This document shows positions 51,219 to 62,888 of a stretch of DNA of 64,000 nt, piece after piece. The translations under genes and the position numbers were made by a program. Each line of letters starts with the position of its first letter. The stretch's first letter is position 1. The notes beneath the pieces are model-generated. The model was not told the origin of the DNA and did no database searches. It saw only the letters and a program-made list of their open reading frames with translations. This stretch comes from Myxococcota bacterium (GTDB lineage Bacteria > Myxococcota > XYA12-FULL-58-9 > JALHOP01), in assembly GCA_041288095.1 (NCBI GenBank), contig JBGGMJ010000136.1:5706-69705 (forward strand), read 5' to 3'.

Positions 51219-53036
51219 TCAGTCCGCGCCGCCGGCACCCTCGTACATGGAGTCGAAGACCTTCTTGTAGCGCTCGTTGACCACCTTGCGCTTGATCTTC
51301 AGCGACGGGGTCATCTCGCCGCTCTCGACCGAGAAGTCGTGATCGAGGATGGCGAAGCGCTTGATGCTCTCGTAGCTCGCGAGCTGCTTGTTGACCTGGG
51401 TGATCCAAGCGTCGACCATCTTCTCAATCTCGGGACGCTTCGTGAGCTCCTCGAGCGAGCCGTTTGCCAGGCCCTCTTCCTTGGCGACGTTCTTCAAGAC
51501 GTCGGGGTCGAGCGTCACCACCGCGGTCAGGTACTTGCGCTTGTCGCCGTGCACCACCGCTTGCGAGATCAGCTTGTGCGTCTTGAGGACGTTCTCGATG
51601 TTCTGCGGCGCGACGTTCTTGCCGCCGGCGGTAACGATGATGTCCTTCTTGCGGTCGGTGATCTTGAGCGTGCCACCGGGCTCGATCATGCCGATGTCAC
51701 CGGTGGAGAACCAGCCGTCCTTGAGCACTTCCGCCGTAGCGGACGGGTTGTTCCAGTACTCGCTCATGACGCCGCGGCCCTTGATGAGGATTTCGCCGTC
51801 CGAGGCAATCTTCACCTCGGTGCCGGGGAGCGGCAGGCCGACCGAGCCGATGCTGTTCTGGCCGGGGCGGTTGACGAAGCTCGCGGCGGAGGTCTCGGTG
51901 AGGCCGTAGCCCTCGAGGATCTCGATGCCGGCGTCGCGGAAGAACCAGTTGATCTTCGGCGACAAGGGAGCGCCGCCCGACACCAGGATGCGCATGCGGC
52001 CACCGAGCAGATCGCTCAGGCCCTTGCCGACCTTCGAGAACACCAGCTTCTTCAAGACCGCGAACTTGATGCTGTCGCGCAGACCCAATGAGCGGTTCTC
52101 CTTCTCGGCCTCGCCGTTCTTCTGCGACAGGTCGACCGCCGCATTGAAGAGCTTGGCCTTGAGGCCGCCGGGCGCGGTGCCCTTCTGCACCACCGCCGAG
52201 AAGAACTTCTCGAAGACGCGCGGCACGCCGCACATGATGGTCGGACGAACCTCGCCCAGGTTTTCCTTGATGGTCTGCATGTTCTCGGCGAAAGCCATGA
52301 CGTAGCGGCACGACAGCCAAGCAGCCTCGAGAACGCGGCCGAACGAGTGCGACAGCGGCAGGAAGAAGAGCTGGATGTCGCTTTCGCGGAGCACGTTGAT
52401 CGCTTGCACCGCTTCGGCCTCGTACGCCATCGCGTCGTGAGTGAGCACGACCCCTTTGGGCTTGCCGGTGGTGCCCGAGGTATAGATGAGCGTGAACGGC
52501 GACTCTTTCTTCAGCGCCTTGCGCCGGGCGTCGAGCTCCGTCTTCACCTTCTCGACGTCTCCACCCTGCTTGATGAAGGCGTCGTAGGTGATCACCCAGC
52601 CGTCTGCGTTGGCGGACACGTTGCCCGTCATCTGCACGATGCGGCGAAGGTCGGGCATGTTCTTGCGCTCGGCGAGCATCTTCTCGGTCTGCTTCTCGTC
52701 CTCGACGAAGGCGAGGACGGCGCCGCTGTTCTGCGCGATGTAGCCGCACTCCTCGGCGAGCGATGACGGATAGACCGGCACGGTGATGCCGCCGGCGTGC
52801 AGGATGGCCATGTCGAGGATGACCCACTCGAGACGCGTGTTCGACACGATGTGAACGCGGTCGCCGCCTTTCACACCCTGCGCGAGCAACCCCGCCGACG
52901 CACGCATCGCTTCGTCGTAGAGCTGCTTCCAGGTGCGCTCTTCGTAGCGGCCGGCGCGCTTTTCCAGCGCTGCGACCTTCGTTGCGTGCTGCTCGGCGTT
53001 CTCGACGAATAGATCAAGGATGGTTGTGCGGGCCAT
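51219..53036 (-). CDS. fadD: Long-chain fatty acid-CoA ligase
   Basis: YTSGTTGKPKG, FLPLSH, EGYGLTE, TGDIG, ITDRKKD, TPSLK; ATG at 53036. Confidence 0.93.
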   Translation of the reverse strand: MARTTILDLFVENAEQHATKVAALEKRAGRYEERTWKQLYDEAMRASAGLLAQGVKGGDRVHIVSNTRLEWVILDMAILHAGGITVPVYPSSLAEECGYIAQNSGAVLAFVEDEKQTEKMLAERKNMPDLRRIVQMTGNVSANADGWVITYDAFIKQGGDVEKVKTELDARRKALKKESPFTLIYTSGTTGKPKGVVLTHDAMAYEAEAVQAINVLRESDIQLFFLPLSHSFGRVLEAAWLSCRYVMAFAENMQTIKENLGEVRPTIMCGVPRVFEKFFSAVVQKGTAPGGLKAKLFNAAVDLSQKNGEAEKENRSLGLRDSIKFAVLKKLVFSKVGKGLSDLLGGRMRILVSGGAPLSPKINWFFRDAGIEILEGYGLTETSAASFVNRPGQNSIGSVGLPLPGTEVKIASDGEILIKGRGVMSEYWNNPSATAEVLKDGWFSTGDIGMIEPGGTLKITDRKKDIIVTAGGKNVAPQNIENVLKTHKLISQAVVHGDKRKYLTAVVTLDPDVLKNVAKEEGLANGSLEELTKRPEIEKMVDAWITQVNKQLASYESIKRFAILDHDFSVESGEMTPSLKIKRKVVNERYKKVFDSMYEGAGGAD

Positions 53037-53283
53037 GGGCGGCTCTCTAGCTCCAGGTTGGCAGCCTCTGCAAGTCGCGTCGAAACCAAGCGGCATGTGG
53101 CGCAATTCCGCACTTCGCGATCGCTGTGCGCTGCGTCCGGCGAATCGGCTGCGAAAGTCGGCCGCTGCGTCACATCGACATTGACCCGCGCTCGAAAACC
53201 CCTTACCGACGTGCGCACGAAAGAGCGCCCGTGCGAATCGACCGAGACGTGGCTCGGTCGCTGTCGCCGGCAAGGAGAGCCTG

Positions 53284-55620
53284 ATGCGTTGCCGCATCCT
53301 AGTAGTCCTGGCCATGACCGCTGTAGCGGTCGGCTGCTTGGACAAAGCCGAGGTCGACGAAGCCGAGACCGCAGAGCTGCTCGTATCGCAGCCGCAGCTT
53401 CAGGATTTCGATCCGTCGAACAGCATCATTCCCTTCCCGAACATCTTGTTGCTGTCACCGACGACCGGCTTGAACACGCTGCCGGCGACGTGCGGTGAAT
53501 CGACGGGCGCGCAGGGGCTCCGCGAAGGCGTACTCAATACGCTCGACGGCGTCGGCACCTGGCTGCCGGCGGTTTACGCCACCTTCACGGCGCCGGTGGA
53601 CATCGCCAGCACCGAGGGGCTGGTCGCGGGTGAGGTCGACGAGAGCGACCGTGTCTTCCTGATCAAGCAAGTCGCCGACCCAGCCGACGCCGTCGCGGTG
53701 CCGGCGCAGGTGGGGCGCTTCCAGACCATTCGCTACAGCGACGCCCTGCCAACCTGTGGCGCCGCCAACGTGATCGATGCGATCACGGTGACGCCAATCG
53801 CGCCGCTCGACGACGACTCGGTCTACACCGTGGCCGTCCTCCAGGGCGTGACCTCGACCGACGGCGAGGAGTTCCAGCCGTCGACCGCTTGGTTCTTCAG
53901 CCGCCAGCTCGCGGCCCCGGTCAGCATCTTCGACCAGGACGAGGACGGCGTGCTCACGACAAGCGACGTCGTCTTCAACAACACGCCGCTCGATCAGTTC
54001 GATCCGCGCGACGCGAACGGCAACGGCGTCGCCGACACCATCGAGCGCCTGGCCGGCATTCAGCAGCTCTTCGGGCTGAACCAGCGCTTTCTCCCGTACG
54101 TCGACGACGCGCTCGACACCGTCACGGGTCGTGACGTCACGCGCGACGACATCCTCATCGCCTGGGCGTTCAAGACCCAGACCGTCGAGGAGCCTCTCGA
54201 TCCGACGGCGGACAGCCCCGCCGCCATCGCGGTCGAGAACGCCGAGCTCGCTGGCCCCTTCGGCCCCATCGCGGGCGCCCCGGCCGGCGTCACGGTGCAG
54301 CAATTCTACGAAGCGAACCTCGGCGCTGGCATTTGCACCCAGCTGCCTTGCGCCGCCATCGGCAACATCTTCGGCGGTGGGCTCTCGGCGCCGAACTTCC
54401 AGGTAGCCGGCCCGAACACCGGCGTCCTCACCGCCACGGTCCCCGGCACGTGGAACCACCCGCTCAATCCAACGGAGCAGCCGGGCACTCCGCTGCAAAT
54501 CCTCGCGGTTCGCCCAGCGACGGCGGCGCCAGCCACCGGTTATCCACTGGTCGTCTTCGGACACGGCATCACGCGCTCGAAGGGTGACTTGCTCGCTATC
54601 GCGGGCCAGCTCGCTGGTCTCGGCATCGCAACGGTCGCCATCGACTGGCCGTTGCATGGCTCACGTGCGGTGCAGATCTTCCCCACGGGGTCGGCCTGCC
54701 AGTCCCCGAGTGATGCTGGCGCCCCCGACCCAACAGTCAGCGTGGCTTGCTTCCAGCCCATCCTGAGCTCCAATCTAGCCGCGACGCGTGACGGCTTCCG
54801 CCAGGGCGCGCTGGACATCATCAGCCTGGTTTCGGCCATGACCAGCGAGTGCGCGGCTCCCGATGGCGCGACGAACTGCAACGGCTTCGCCATCAACGCG
54901 AACGCTGTCGGCTATATCGGACAGTCGCTGGGCACCGTCATCGGCACCCTGCCGGTGGCCATGGTCCCGGACTTCAAGGCCGCGGTGTTCAACGTCGGCG
55001 GCGTCAGCCTCACGACCATCCTCGAGAACACCGACAGCAATGCCTTGAAGTGCCCGCTGATCGACGCGCTGATCAGGAATGGCACGTTGCAGGGCAAGCT
55101 CTGGCAGCAGCCGGACAACTCTTTCAACAACCTCGATGCGCTCTGCGTTCAAACGAACACGACGCAGCCGATCGCCGTCGCCAGCCAGCCGGCGTTCCGC
55201 TCCTTCGCCGCGGCGACCCGCTGGATCGCCGATCCCTGCGACGGTGTGAACTTCCTCGACGTCATCGCCGGGAAGGTCGCCGGCGGCGACCTGCACGTGC
55301 TCGTGCAGCAAGTCGAGGGTGACCTGGTGGTGCCGAACGAATCGACCGTCATCATGGGTCGGTTGCTCGGCTTCCAGGCCGCGACCGAGGCAACGACGCC
55401 GACGTCCGCGTCGTTCACCGCCAGCACCGGCCTCGGCCTTCCGGCGACACCTGCTGCCTGGCTGAACTACAGCAGCGATGCGGTCACCTATGACCACGGA
55501 TCGCTGTTGGAGCCAGCCGAGGCGACCACGCCGGCACAGCTCGCGACGGGTCAGATGCAGACTGACGCCTTCACCTTCTTGGCCACCCAGCTCGCCGCCG
55601 CCGCGGCAGCCGCCGAGTAA
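53284..55620 (+). CDS. Extracellular lipase-like lipoprotein (alpha/beta hydrolase with Ig-like N-terminal region, Pla-1/cef-like)
   Basis: Lipobox AVGC; IPFPN; VFGHGI, AIDWPLHG, nucleophile GQSLG, GDLVVPN, HGSLL. Confidence 0.85.
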   Translation: MRCRILVVLAMTAVAVGCLDKAEVDEAETAELLVSQPQLQDFDPSNSIIPFPNILLLSPTTGLNTLPATCGESTGAQGLREGVLNTLDGVGTWLPAVYATFTAPVDIASTEGLVAGEVDESDRVFLIKQVADPADAVAVPAQVGRFQTIRYSDALPTCGAANVIDAITVTPIAPLDDDSVYTVAVLQGVTSTDGEEFQPSTAWFFSRQLAAPVSIFDQDEDGVLTTSDVVFNNTPLDQFDPRDANGNGVADTIERLAGIQQLFGLNQRFLPYVDDALDTVTGRDVTRDDILIAWAFKTQTVEEPLDPTADSPAAIAVENAELAGPFGPIAGAPAGVTVQQFYEANLGAGICTQLPCAAIGNIFGGGLSAPNFQVAGPNTGVLTATVPGTWNHPLNPTEQPGTPLQILAVRPATAAPATGYPLVVFGHGITRSKGDLLAIAGQLAGLGIATVAIDWPLHGSRAVQIFPTGSACQSPSDAGAPDPTVSVACFQPILSSNLAATRDGFRQGALDIISLVSAMTSECAAPDGATNCNGFAINANAVGYIGQSLGTVIGTLPVAMVPDFKAAVFNVGGVSLTTILENTDSNALKCPLIDALIRNGTLQGKLWQQPDNSFNNLDALCVQTNTTQPIAVASQPAFRSFAAATRWIADPCDGVNFLDVIAGKVAGGDLHVLVQQVEGDLVVPNESTVIMGRLLGFQAATEATTPTSASFTASTGLGLPATPAAWLNYSSDAVTYDHGSLLEPAEATTPAQLATGQMQTDAFTFLATQLAAAAAAAE

Positions 55621-55634
55621 CGAGGAAGCCCACG

Positions 55635-57677
55635 ATGAAATTGACTATGATGAAGAAAATTTCCGTCGGCCTCCTGGCAAGCGCTGTCATGCTCTCCGCG
55701 AGCATCGCGCAAGCCTCGGGCTTCTACCTGAGCAATCAGGGCGCGCGCGCCACCGGCCGCTCCAACGCGGTGGTCGCTAGCCCAGGCGACGCGTCGACCA
55801 TCTGGTACAACCCGGCGGGTCTCGCGACCCTGGACGGGAAGTTCCAGCTCTATCTCGGCACGTCGCTGATCGCGCCGAACTACAGCTTCGTGCCCGCCGG
55901 TGGCGGCGAGCGCACCCATGACGACGTCGGCATTTTGCCAGCGCCGCATGCGTACCTGGGCGGCAAGGTCTTGCCGTTCCTCGCGCTCGGTCTCGGCTTC
56001 AACGCCTCGTACGGCGCGACCGTGCGCTGGGGTGAAGACTCGCCGGGCCGCACCGTCGTGCGCGAGCAGAGCTTGCGGACGCTGTGGTTCCAGCCGACCG
56101 CCTCGATCGACTTCTCCACGCTCGGCGTGAAGGGGCTGTCGATCGGCGCGACGCTCGACCTCGTGCACGCTTCGGCGTACCTGACGCGCGACATCGCGTT
56201 CGGCAACAACAGCTACGGCAGCGTCGCTCTCGACGGTACGGACTTCCGCGTTGGCGGACACTTCGGTGTCTTGTACCGCCCCGAGTTCGCGCCCGGCCTG
56301 TCGCTCGGCGCGCGCTATCAGCTGCCGATCCGCACCCGCCTCACCGGCACCGACAACGTCGACTTCGACGCGCCGGCTCCGGTGCGTGGCCTGCTGCCGC
56401 CTGACGGCAGCGGCAGCGTCGACTGCGTCGACATCCCGCAGCAGGTGATCATCGGTGGTGCCTACAAGTTCGCCAAGATGCTCGAGATCGAAGTCGACGC
56501 CATCTGGAACGACTGGTCGGACTTCGAACGCTTGCTCTTCACCTTCCCCGACGGTTCGACGTCGACGTCGGTCCGCCAGTACGAAGACCGCTGGGGCGTG
56601 CGCACCGGCGTCGAGCTCGACCTCGGTGTCGTCGTGCCGCGCATCGGTTACGAGTACGACCCGACGCCGATTCCGCGCGAATCGCTCGACCACACGCTCC
56701 CCGACATCGTGCGCAACATCGTCACCGCTGGTGTGACCGTTCGTCCGACCTGCCACTTCTGGATCGACGCGGGCGGTTGGTACCTCCTTCCGAAGTCGCG
56801 CGAGACCATGGACGCGCCGTCGACGCGCCAACCGGTCATCGGCACCTTCCGCACCAGCGCTTGGGTCGCCGCCTTGAGCGTCGGCATGGCGTTCGGCAAC
56901 GAAGAGAGCTGCGGCGCCAAGCCGGTTGCCGAGCCCACCGTGACCGACACGCCGCTCCGCGATAGCGACAGCGACGGCGTCTTCGATGCCAACGATGCCT
57001 GCCCGACCGTGGCCGGCAACGACGGCACCGGCTGCCCGCTGCCGGTCGACGCGGACAATGACGGCGTCATGGACAACGTCGACAAGTGCCCCGGCGTGAC
57101 CGGTGTGGCGCCCGACGGCTGCCCGCCCGCCGATCCGGACAAGGACGGCGTCGTGGGTGACGCGGATGCCTGCCCGAACGAGGCCGGCGACCCGCCGAAC
57201 GGCTGCCCGAACCCGGATCCCGATGGTGACGGTATCGCTGGCGCCGCCGACACCTGCCCGAAGGAGCCGGAGACCAAGAACGGCTTCCAGGACACGGACG
57301 GTTGCCCCGACGAGCTGCCCGCCGCGGTGGCCAAGTTCAACGGCAAGCTCGAGGGCGTGAAGTTCGCCACCGCGAGCTCGCGTCTCACCAAGGACAGCTA
57401 CGCGGCGCTCGACAGCATCGCGAAGACCTTGACCGAGTACCCCGAGCTCAAGCTCGAGATCTCGGGCCATACCGACAGCGTCGGTAACGCGGAGAAGAAC
57501 CTGGTGCTCTCGCAGGGTCGCGCTGACTCGGTGAAGAAGTACCTGGCCGGCAAGGGTGTAGCCGCCGAGCGCCTGACGGCGATTGGCTACGGCGCCGACA
57601 AGCCGGTTGCGGACAACGCTACGAAGGAAGGCCAGGCGGCCAACCGTCGCATCGAGTTCCGTATCCTCACCAACTAA
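55635..57677 (+). CDS. FadL/OmpP1-type barrel fused to thrombospondin type-3 repeats and OmpA C-terminal domain
   Basis: SGFYLSNQGARATGR..DASTIWYNPAGL hatch; several DxDxDGV.D..D.CP repeats; ISGHTDSVG..N..LS..RA..V, NRRIE. Confidence 0.88.
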   Translation: MKLTMMKKISVGLLASAVMLSASIAQASGFYLSNQGARATGRSNAVVASPGDASTIWYNPAGLATLDGKFQLYLGTSLIAPNYSFVPAGGGERTHDDVGILPAPHAYLGGKVLPFLALGLGFNASYGATVRWGEDSPGRTVVREQSLRTLWFQPTASIDFSTLGVKGLSIGATLDLVHASAYLTRDIAFGNNSYGSVALDGTDFRVGGHFGVLYRPEFAPGLSLGARYQLPIRTRLTGTDNVDFDAPAPVRGLLPPDGSGSVDCVDIPQQVIIGGAYKFAKMLEIEVDAIWNDWSDFERLLFTFPDGSTSTSVRQYEDRWGVRTGVELDLGVVVPRIGYEYDPTPIPRESLDHTLPDIVRNIVTAGVTVRPTCHFWIDAGGWYLLPKSRETMDAPSTRQPVIGTFRTSAWVAALSVGMAFGNEESCGAKPVAEPTVTDTPLRDSDSDGVFDANDACPTVAGNDGTGCPLPVDADNDGVMDNVDKCPGVTGVAPDGCPPADPDKDGVVGDADACPNEAGDPPNGCPNPDPDGDGIAGAADTCPKEPETKNGFQDTDGCPDELPAAVAKFNGKLEGVKFATASSRLTKDSYAALDSIAKTLTEYPELKLEISGHTDSVGNAEKNLVLSQGRADSVKKYLAGKGVAAERLTAIGYGADKPVADNATKEGQAANRRIEFRILTN

Positions 57678-57691
57678 TTAGGCGTTTTCCC

Positions 57692-57739
57692 AAGGCCCGC
57701 GCTGGGGTTTTCACCCCCGGCGCGGGCTTTGCTCTTTTT
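57692..57739 (+). terminator. Rho-independent terminator after the FadL-OmpA gene
   Basis: AAGGCCCGCGCTGGGG-loop-CCCCGGCGCGGGCTTT then GCTCTTTTT. Confidence 0.75.
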
Positions 57740-57770
57740 GGCGGCCGTCGTTGAGTGTACGACATAGGGG

Positions 57771-59636
57771 ATGTCCCTCGTCGGCACGCGCCTTGGAAAA
57801 TACGAGCTCGCCGCCGAGATCGGTCACGGCGGCATGAGCGTCGTGTACCGAGCGCACGACACGCAATTGAAGCGCGACGTCGCCGTCAAGGTCATGCACG
57901 CGTTCATGGCCGAGCAGCCCGAGGCACGCGAGCGATTCCATCGCGAAGCCGTCGCGGTCGCGCGGTTACGGCATCCGAACATCATCGAGATCTTCGACTA
58001 CTCGGGCGAGAAGGCCTCGACCAGCTACATCGTCATGGAGCTCGTCGACGGGACCGCTTTGGCGGACGCGGTGCGCGACCGGCCACTCTCTTGTCCCGAG
58101 GCCGCGTTGATCCTCGCGCGCCCCATCGCCGATGCCCTCGACTCCGCCCATAAAGGCGGCGTCGTGCACCGCGACTTGAAGCCCGAGAACATCTTGCTCG
58201 GGCGCCACGGCGAGCTGAAGCTCACCGACTTCGGCATCGCCCGTATCCTCGACAACCAGGCGATGACGATGACGGGCACCCTCCTGGGGTCACCCGCGTA
58301 CATGGCGCCCGAGTACATCGAGGGTTACGCCACCGACGAGCGCGCCGACATCTTCTCCTTCGGCGCCATGCTCTACTATCTCGTGGTCGGCCGGCTCCCG
58401 TTCGAGGCGCCCTCGCCGCACGCGTTGCTCAAGCGCATCGCGGCTGGCGAGTACCCGCTACCGCAGCAGAACAACCCCCAGACCCACGCCGCCATCAGCC
58501 GCATCATCGTCCGCTGCCTGAAACGCCTGCCGGAGCAACGCTACGCCACGGCAGGCGAGCTTCGCGACGCCATCGACACGCACCTCCGCGCGCTCGGCCT
58601 CGACTGGGAACAGGAGCTGCCAAAGCTCCTCGCCGACTCACGGGAGCATTGCGAAGACCTCGAGAATCGCGTCACCGCGCGCTGCACCGAGCTCGGCAAG
58701 GAAGCGCTCGAGCGTGGTCAGCACGGTGTGGCCATGGAGCACTTCGATCGGGTGCTCGCGAGCAAGCCGCACGATGCCGAGGTGCGCAAGCTCCTGCGGC
58801 GGCTTGGCCGACGCGTGTCGCTCATCAAGGCGGTGCGCGCGGGCGCGGTGGCGACGGTCGTCGCGATGATGCTCGGCGGGGCCGCGTACGGGGCGATGAC
58901 GTGGAAGGCGGGGCAAGACGCGCGAAGGTCGCTCGCCGATAGCCGGACGACGGATGCCGAGAGTCGAGAGGTGATCGCCGAGAGCCGACCGCCGATTGCC
59001 GATAGCCGACCGCCCGAGACCACGACGACCGATGCCCGCCCGACCGCTATTCCAGACCGGGTGCCGCCAACCAAAACCACGCCGACCAAGCAGCCGCCGG
59101 TCACCAGTGCCGCGAATCCTCCAGCCGGCACCACCCCCGACAAGCCCGCCGACCCGACCCCGCCGAAGCCCACGCCGGTCCGGCCCGTGCGCTTCAACGC
59201 CGTCAACGTCGTCACCGCCTACGTCGACGACTCCGGCGAGCCCGTGGTCCGCGACCGCATCGGCCCCTTCAGCTTGGACCTCGCGCACGGCACGCACCGG
59301 CTGCGCTTCACCAATCCGCTGGCCTACGAGAGCGAGATGAACCTCATGGTCGACGACGTGAGCCCGGCGCAGCTGGTCGTCGTGCGCTTGCAGCCGCTGC
59401 CGGCGAAGCTCTTCGTCGATAAGGCTCCAGATGGCGCCACCGTCGAGATCGCGGGGCGCACCTGGCTGGTCAACGCGCAAACACGCAACGAGCCCATCTT
59501 CGTGCCGCTGCCGCTCGGCGCCGGCTCGCAGTCGCTGGAAGTGGTGGTGCGCCGGGGCGATCTCGAGTGGCGCAAGGTCGTCGAGTTCAAGCCCGGTCAG
59601 GAACGAAGGCTTGATGTGAAGCTCGACCACCTGTAA
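57771..59636 (+). CDS. Membrane Ser/Thr protein kinase with TPR and extracytoplasmic PEGA-like domains
   Basis: GHGGMS, VAVK, HRDLKPEN, DFG, GSPAYMAPE; TPR-like segment, TM, Pro/Thr linker, beta-rich C-terminus. Confidence 0.94.
   Translation: MSLVGTRLGKYELAAEIGHGGMSVVYRAHDTQLKRDVAVKVMHAFMAEQPEARERFHREAVAVARLRHPNIIEIFDYSGEKASTSYIVMELVDGTALADAVRDRPLSCPEAALILARPIADALDSAHKGGVVHRDLKPENILLGRHGELKLTDFGIARILDNQAMTMTGTLLGSPAYMAPEYIEGYATDERADIFSFGAMLYYLVVGRLPFEAPSPHALLKRIAAGEYPLPQQNNPQTHAAISRIIVRCLKRLPEQRYATAGELRDAIDTHLRALGLDWEQELPKLLADSREHCEDLENRVTARCTELGKEALERGQHGVAMEHFDRVLASKPHDAEVRKLLRRLGRRVSLIKAVRAGAVATVVAMMLGGAAYGAMTWKAGQDARRSLADSRTTDAESREVIAESRPPIADSRPPETTTTDARPTAIPDRVPPTKTTPTKQPPVTSAANPPAGTTPDKPADPTPPKPTPVRPVRFNAVNVVTAYVDDSGEPVVRDRIGPFSLDLAHGTHRLRFTNPLAYESEMNLMVDDVSPAQLVVVRLQPLPAKLFVDKAPDGATVEIAGRTWLVNAQTRNEPIFVPLPLGAGSQSLEVVVRRGDLEWRKVVEFKPGQERRLDVKLDHL
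58935..59018 (+). repeat. Degenerate heptamer tandem repeat (GCCGAnn) inside the kinase linker
   Basis: gccgata gccggac gacggat gccgaga gtcgaga ggtgatc gccgaga gccgacc gccgatt gccgata gccgacc. Confidence 0.7.
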
Positions 59637-59648
59637 CCCTGAACGCCC

Positions 59649-60527
59649 ATGTTGGCGCTGGTCGCGGCTCTCCTGATGACGGCTCCCACGGCGGCGGCAC
59701 CGCCGAGCACGGGCGCCCCTCCGGCCGCTAAAACGGACGCCGCGGAGCAAACGAGCTCCGAGGAGTCCTTGCGTCGCGCCATCAACGAGTATGCCTACGG
59801 CAACTACGGCGCCGCCATCGACCAGCTTCGCGCCCTGCTCTATCCGATGCGCCTGGTGTCCGACAGCCAGGTCATCGAAGCGCGCAAGTACTTGGGCCTG
59901 TCGTACTACCTGCTCAGCCGGCCGAGCGACATGCGCGAAGAGCTCGAGAAGCTCCTCTACCTCGACCCCGACTATCAGCTCGATCCGTTCTCCATCCCGC
60001 CCCCGATCATCGACGAGTTCGAGCGCATCCGCGAGCAGCAGAAGCCTCAGCTCGACGTCATCCGCCTGCGACGGGCGGAGCAGAGCGGCAATGCCTCGGC
60101 CGTGCGCCGCATCGAATCGGCGGTACCGACGACCGGCGCCCGAGGCCTCACCAGCTTCCTACCGTTCGGGGTCGGACAGTTCGAGAACGGCGATTCGTCG
60201 ATGGGCCTGTTCTTCGCGCTCACCGAGGCCATTCTCTTGGGGCTCAACCTCGCCTCGTACCTCTTCGCGACCTATGGCGTGGGCGATGACTATCCAGCGG
60301 GCGACCACGGACTGGTCCGGGGGCTGCAAATCACCCAATACGCCTCGTTGTCGCTCTTTGCGCTCACCTGGGGCATCGGCGTCTACCACGCGAGGCTCCA
60401 GGTCACGCCGGCGATCGCGCCGCGCACGCAGCTCGCACCCGTTCCCTCGGCACTCGAGGTGCCACGCTACGATCCCTCCGTCTTGGCGCGTCCCAGCGGC
60501 GGCTTGTTGTTCCAACTGACGTTTTGA
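59649..60527 (+). CDS. Exported TPR protein with C-terminal hydrophobic segments
   Basis: Signal-like N-terminus; TPR-like [18 protein letters not shown]; FLPFGVGQF followed by two hydrophobic helices. Confidence 0.78.
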   Translation: MLALVAALLMTAPTAAAPPSTGAPPAAKTDAAEQTSSEESLRRAINEYAYGNYGAAIDQLRALLYPMRLVSDSQVIEARKYLGLSYYLLSRPSDMREELEKLLYLDPDYQLDPFSIPPPIIDEFERIREQQKPQLDVIRLRRAEQSGNASAVRRIESAVPTTGARGLTSFLPFGVGQFENGDSSMGLFFALTEAILLGLNLASYLFATYGVGDDYPAGDHGLVRGLQITQYASLSLFALTWGIGVYHARLQVTPAIAPRTQLAPVPSALEVPRYDPSVLARPSGGLLFQLTF

Positions 60528-60540
60528 TAAGGCATCGGCC

Positions 60541-62342
<1,802 letters not shown>

Positions 62343-62343
<1 letters not shown>

Positions 62344-62888
62344 TGGCCTTGAATTGGCACGCCCCGTGCTCGTCTAAGCTGCTGGTGGTGTCCATGATGT
62401 TATGCGCCACAGCCGGGCAGGCGTGTTTGCTGCCGCCGCCCATCGACGAAGAGAGCCCGGACGCGAACCGCCCGCCGTTCATCGAACCGATCGTGCCCTT
62501 CATCGATGGACGGCCGGTCACCATCAACTGCAACGGCCAGCCCACGCTCTTCCTCGCCAACATCGGCGACGACAACCTGCGTGACTCGCTCTACTATCGC
62601 TTCTTTATCGATTATTACCGGCGCGACCCCGAGGATATCCTCGACACCCGCATCGGCGAGGCGCCGCCTACTCCCGGCCGCGCCCGCGTCGCGCAAGAGA
62701 GCATCACTGCCAACAATCCGATCCTGCTCGAGCGGCCAGGCGATGTGCACGTCGTCGAGCTCTACCTTTCCGACCGCGAGTTCAATGACTCCCCGGACGA
62801 TGAGCCGTCCGTGGTCGGCCGCGTCGTCGTGGAAGGCGGACTGACGGCAACTTATTCATGGGCCGTGTACCCTATCGAGTGCAACTGA
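62343..62888 (+). CDS. Putative lipoprotein
   Basis: Hydrophobic stretch ending AGQAC; start either ATG 62343 (coupled to EBP stop) or ~62394. Confidence 0.7.
62355..62370 (+). promoter_or_regulatory. Putative sigma54 (-24/-12) promoter
   Basis: TGGCACGCCCCGTGCT 12 nt after the EBP stop codon. Confidence 0.6.

Noticed and set aside
53037-53345. 103-aa N-terminal extension of fadD in the ORF track
   Set aside because: Overlaps the divergent lipase start and intergenic region; FadD-like sequence begins at ATG 53036
55551-57470. 639-aa minus-strand ORF
   Set aside because: Antisense shadow of the FadL-OmpA gene
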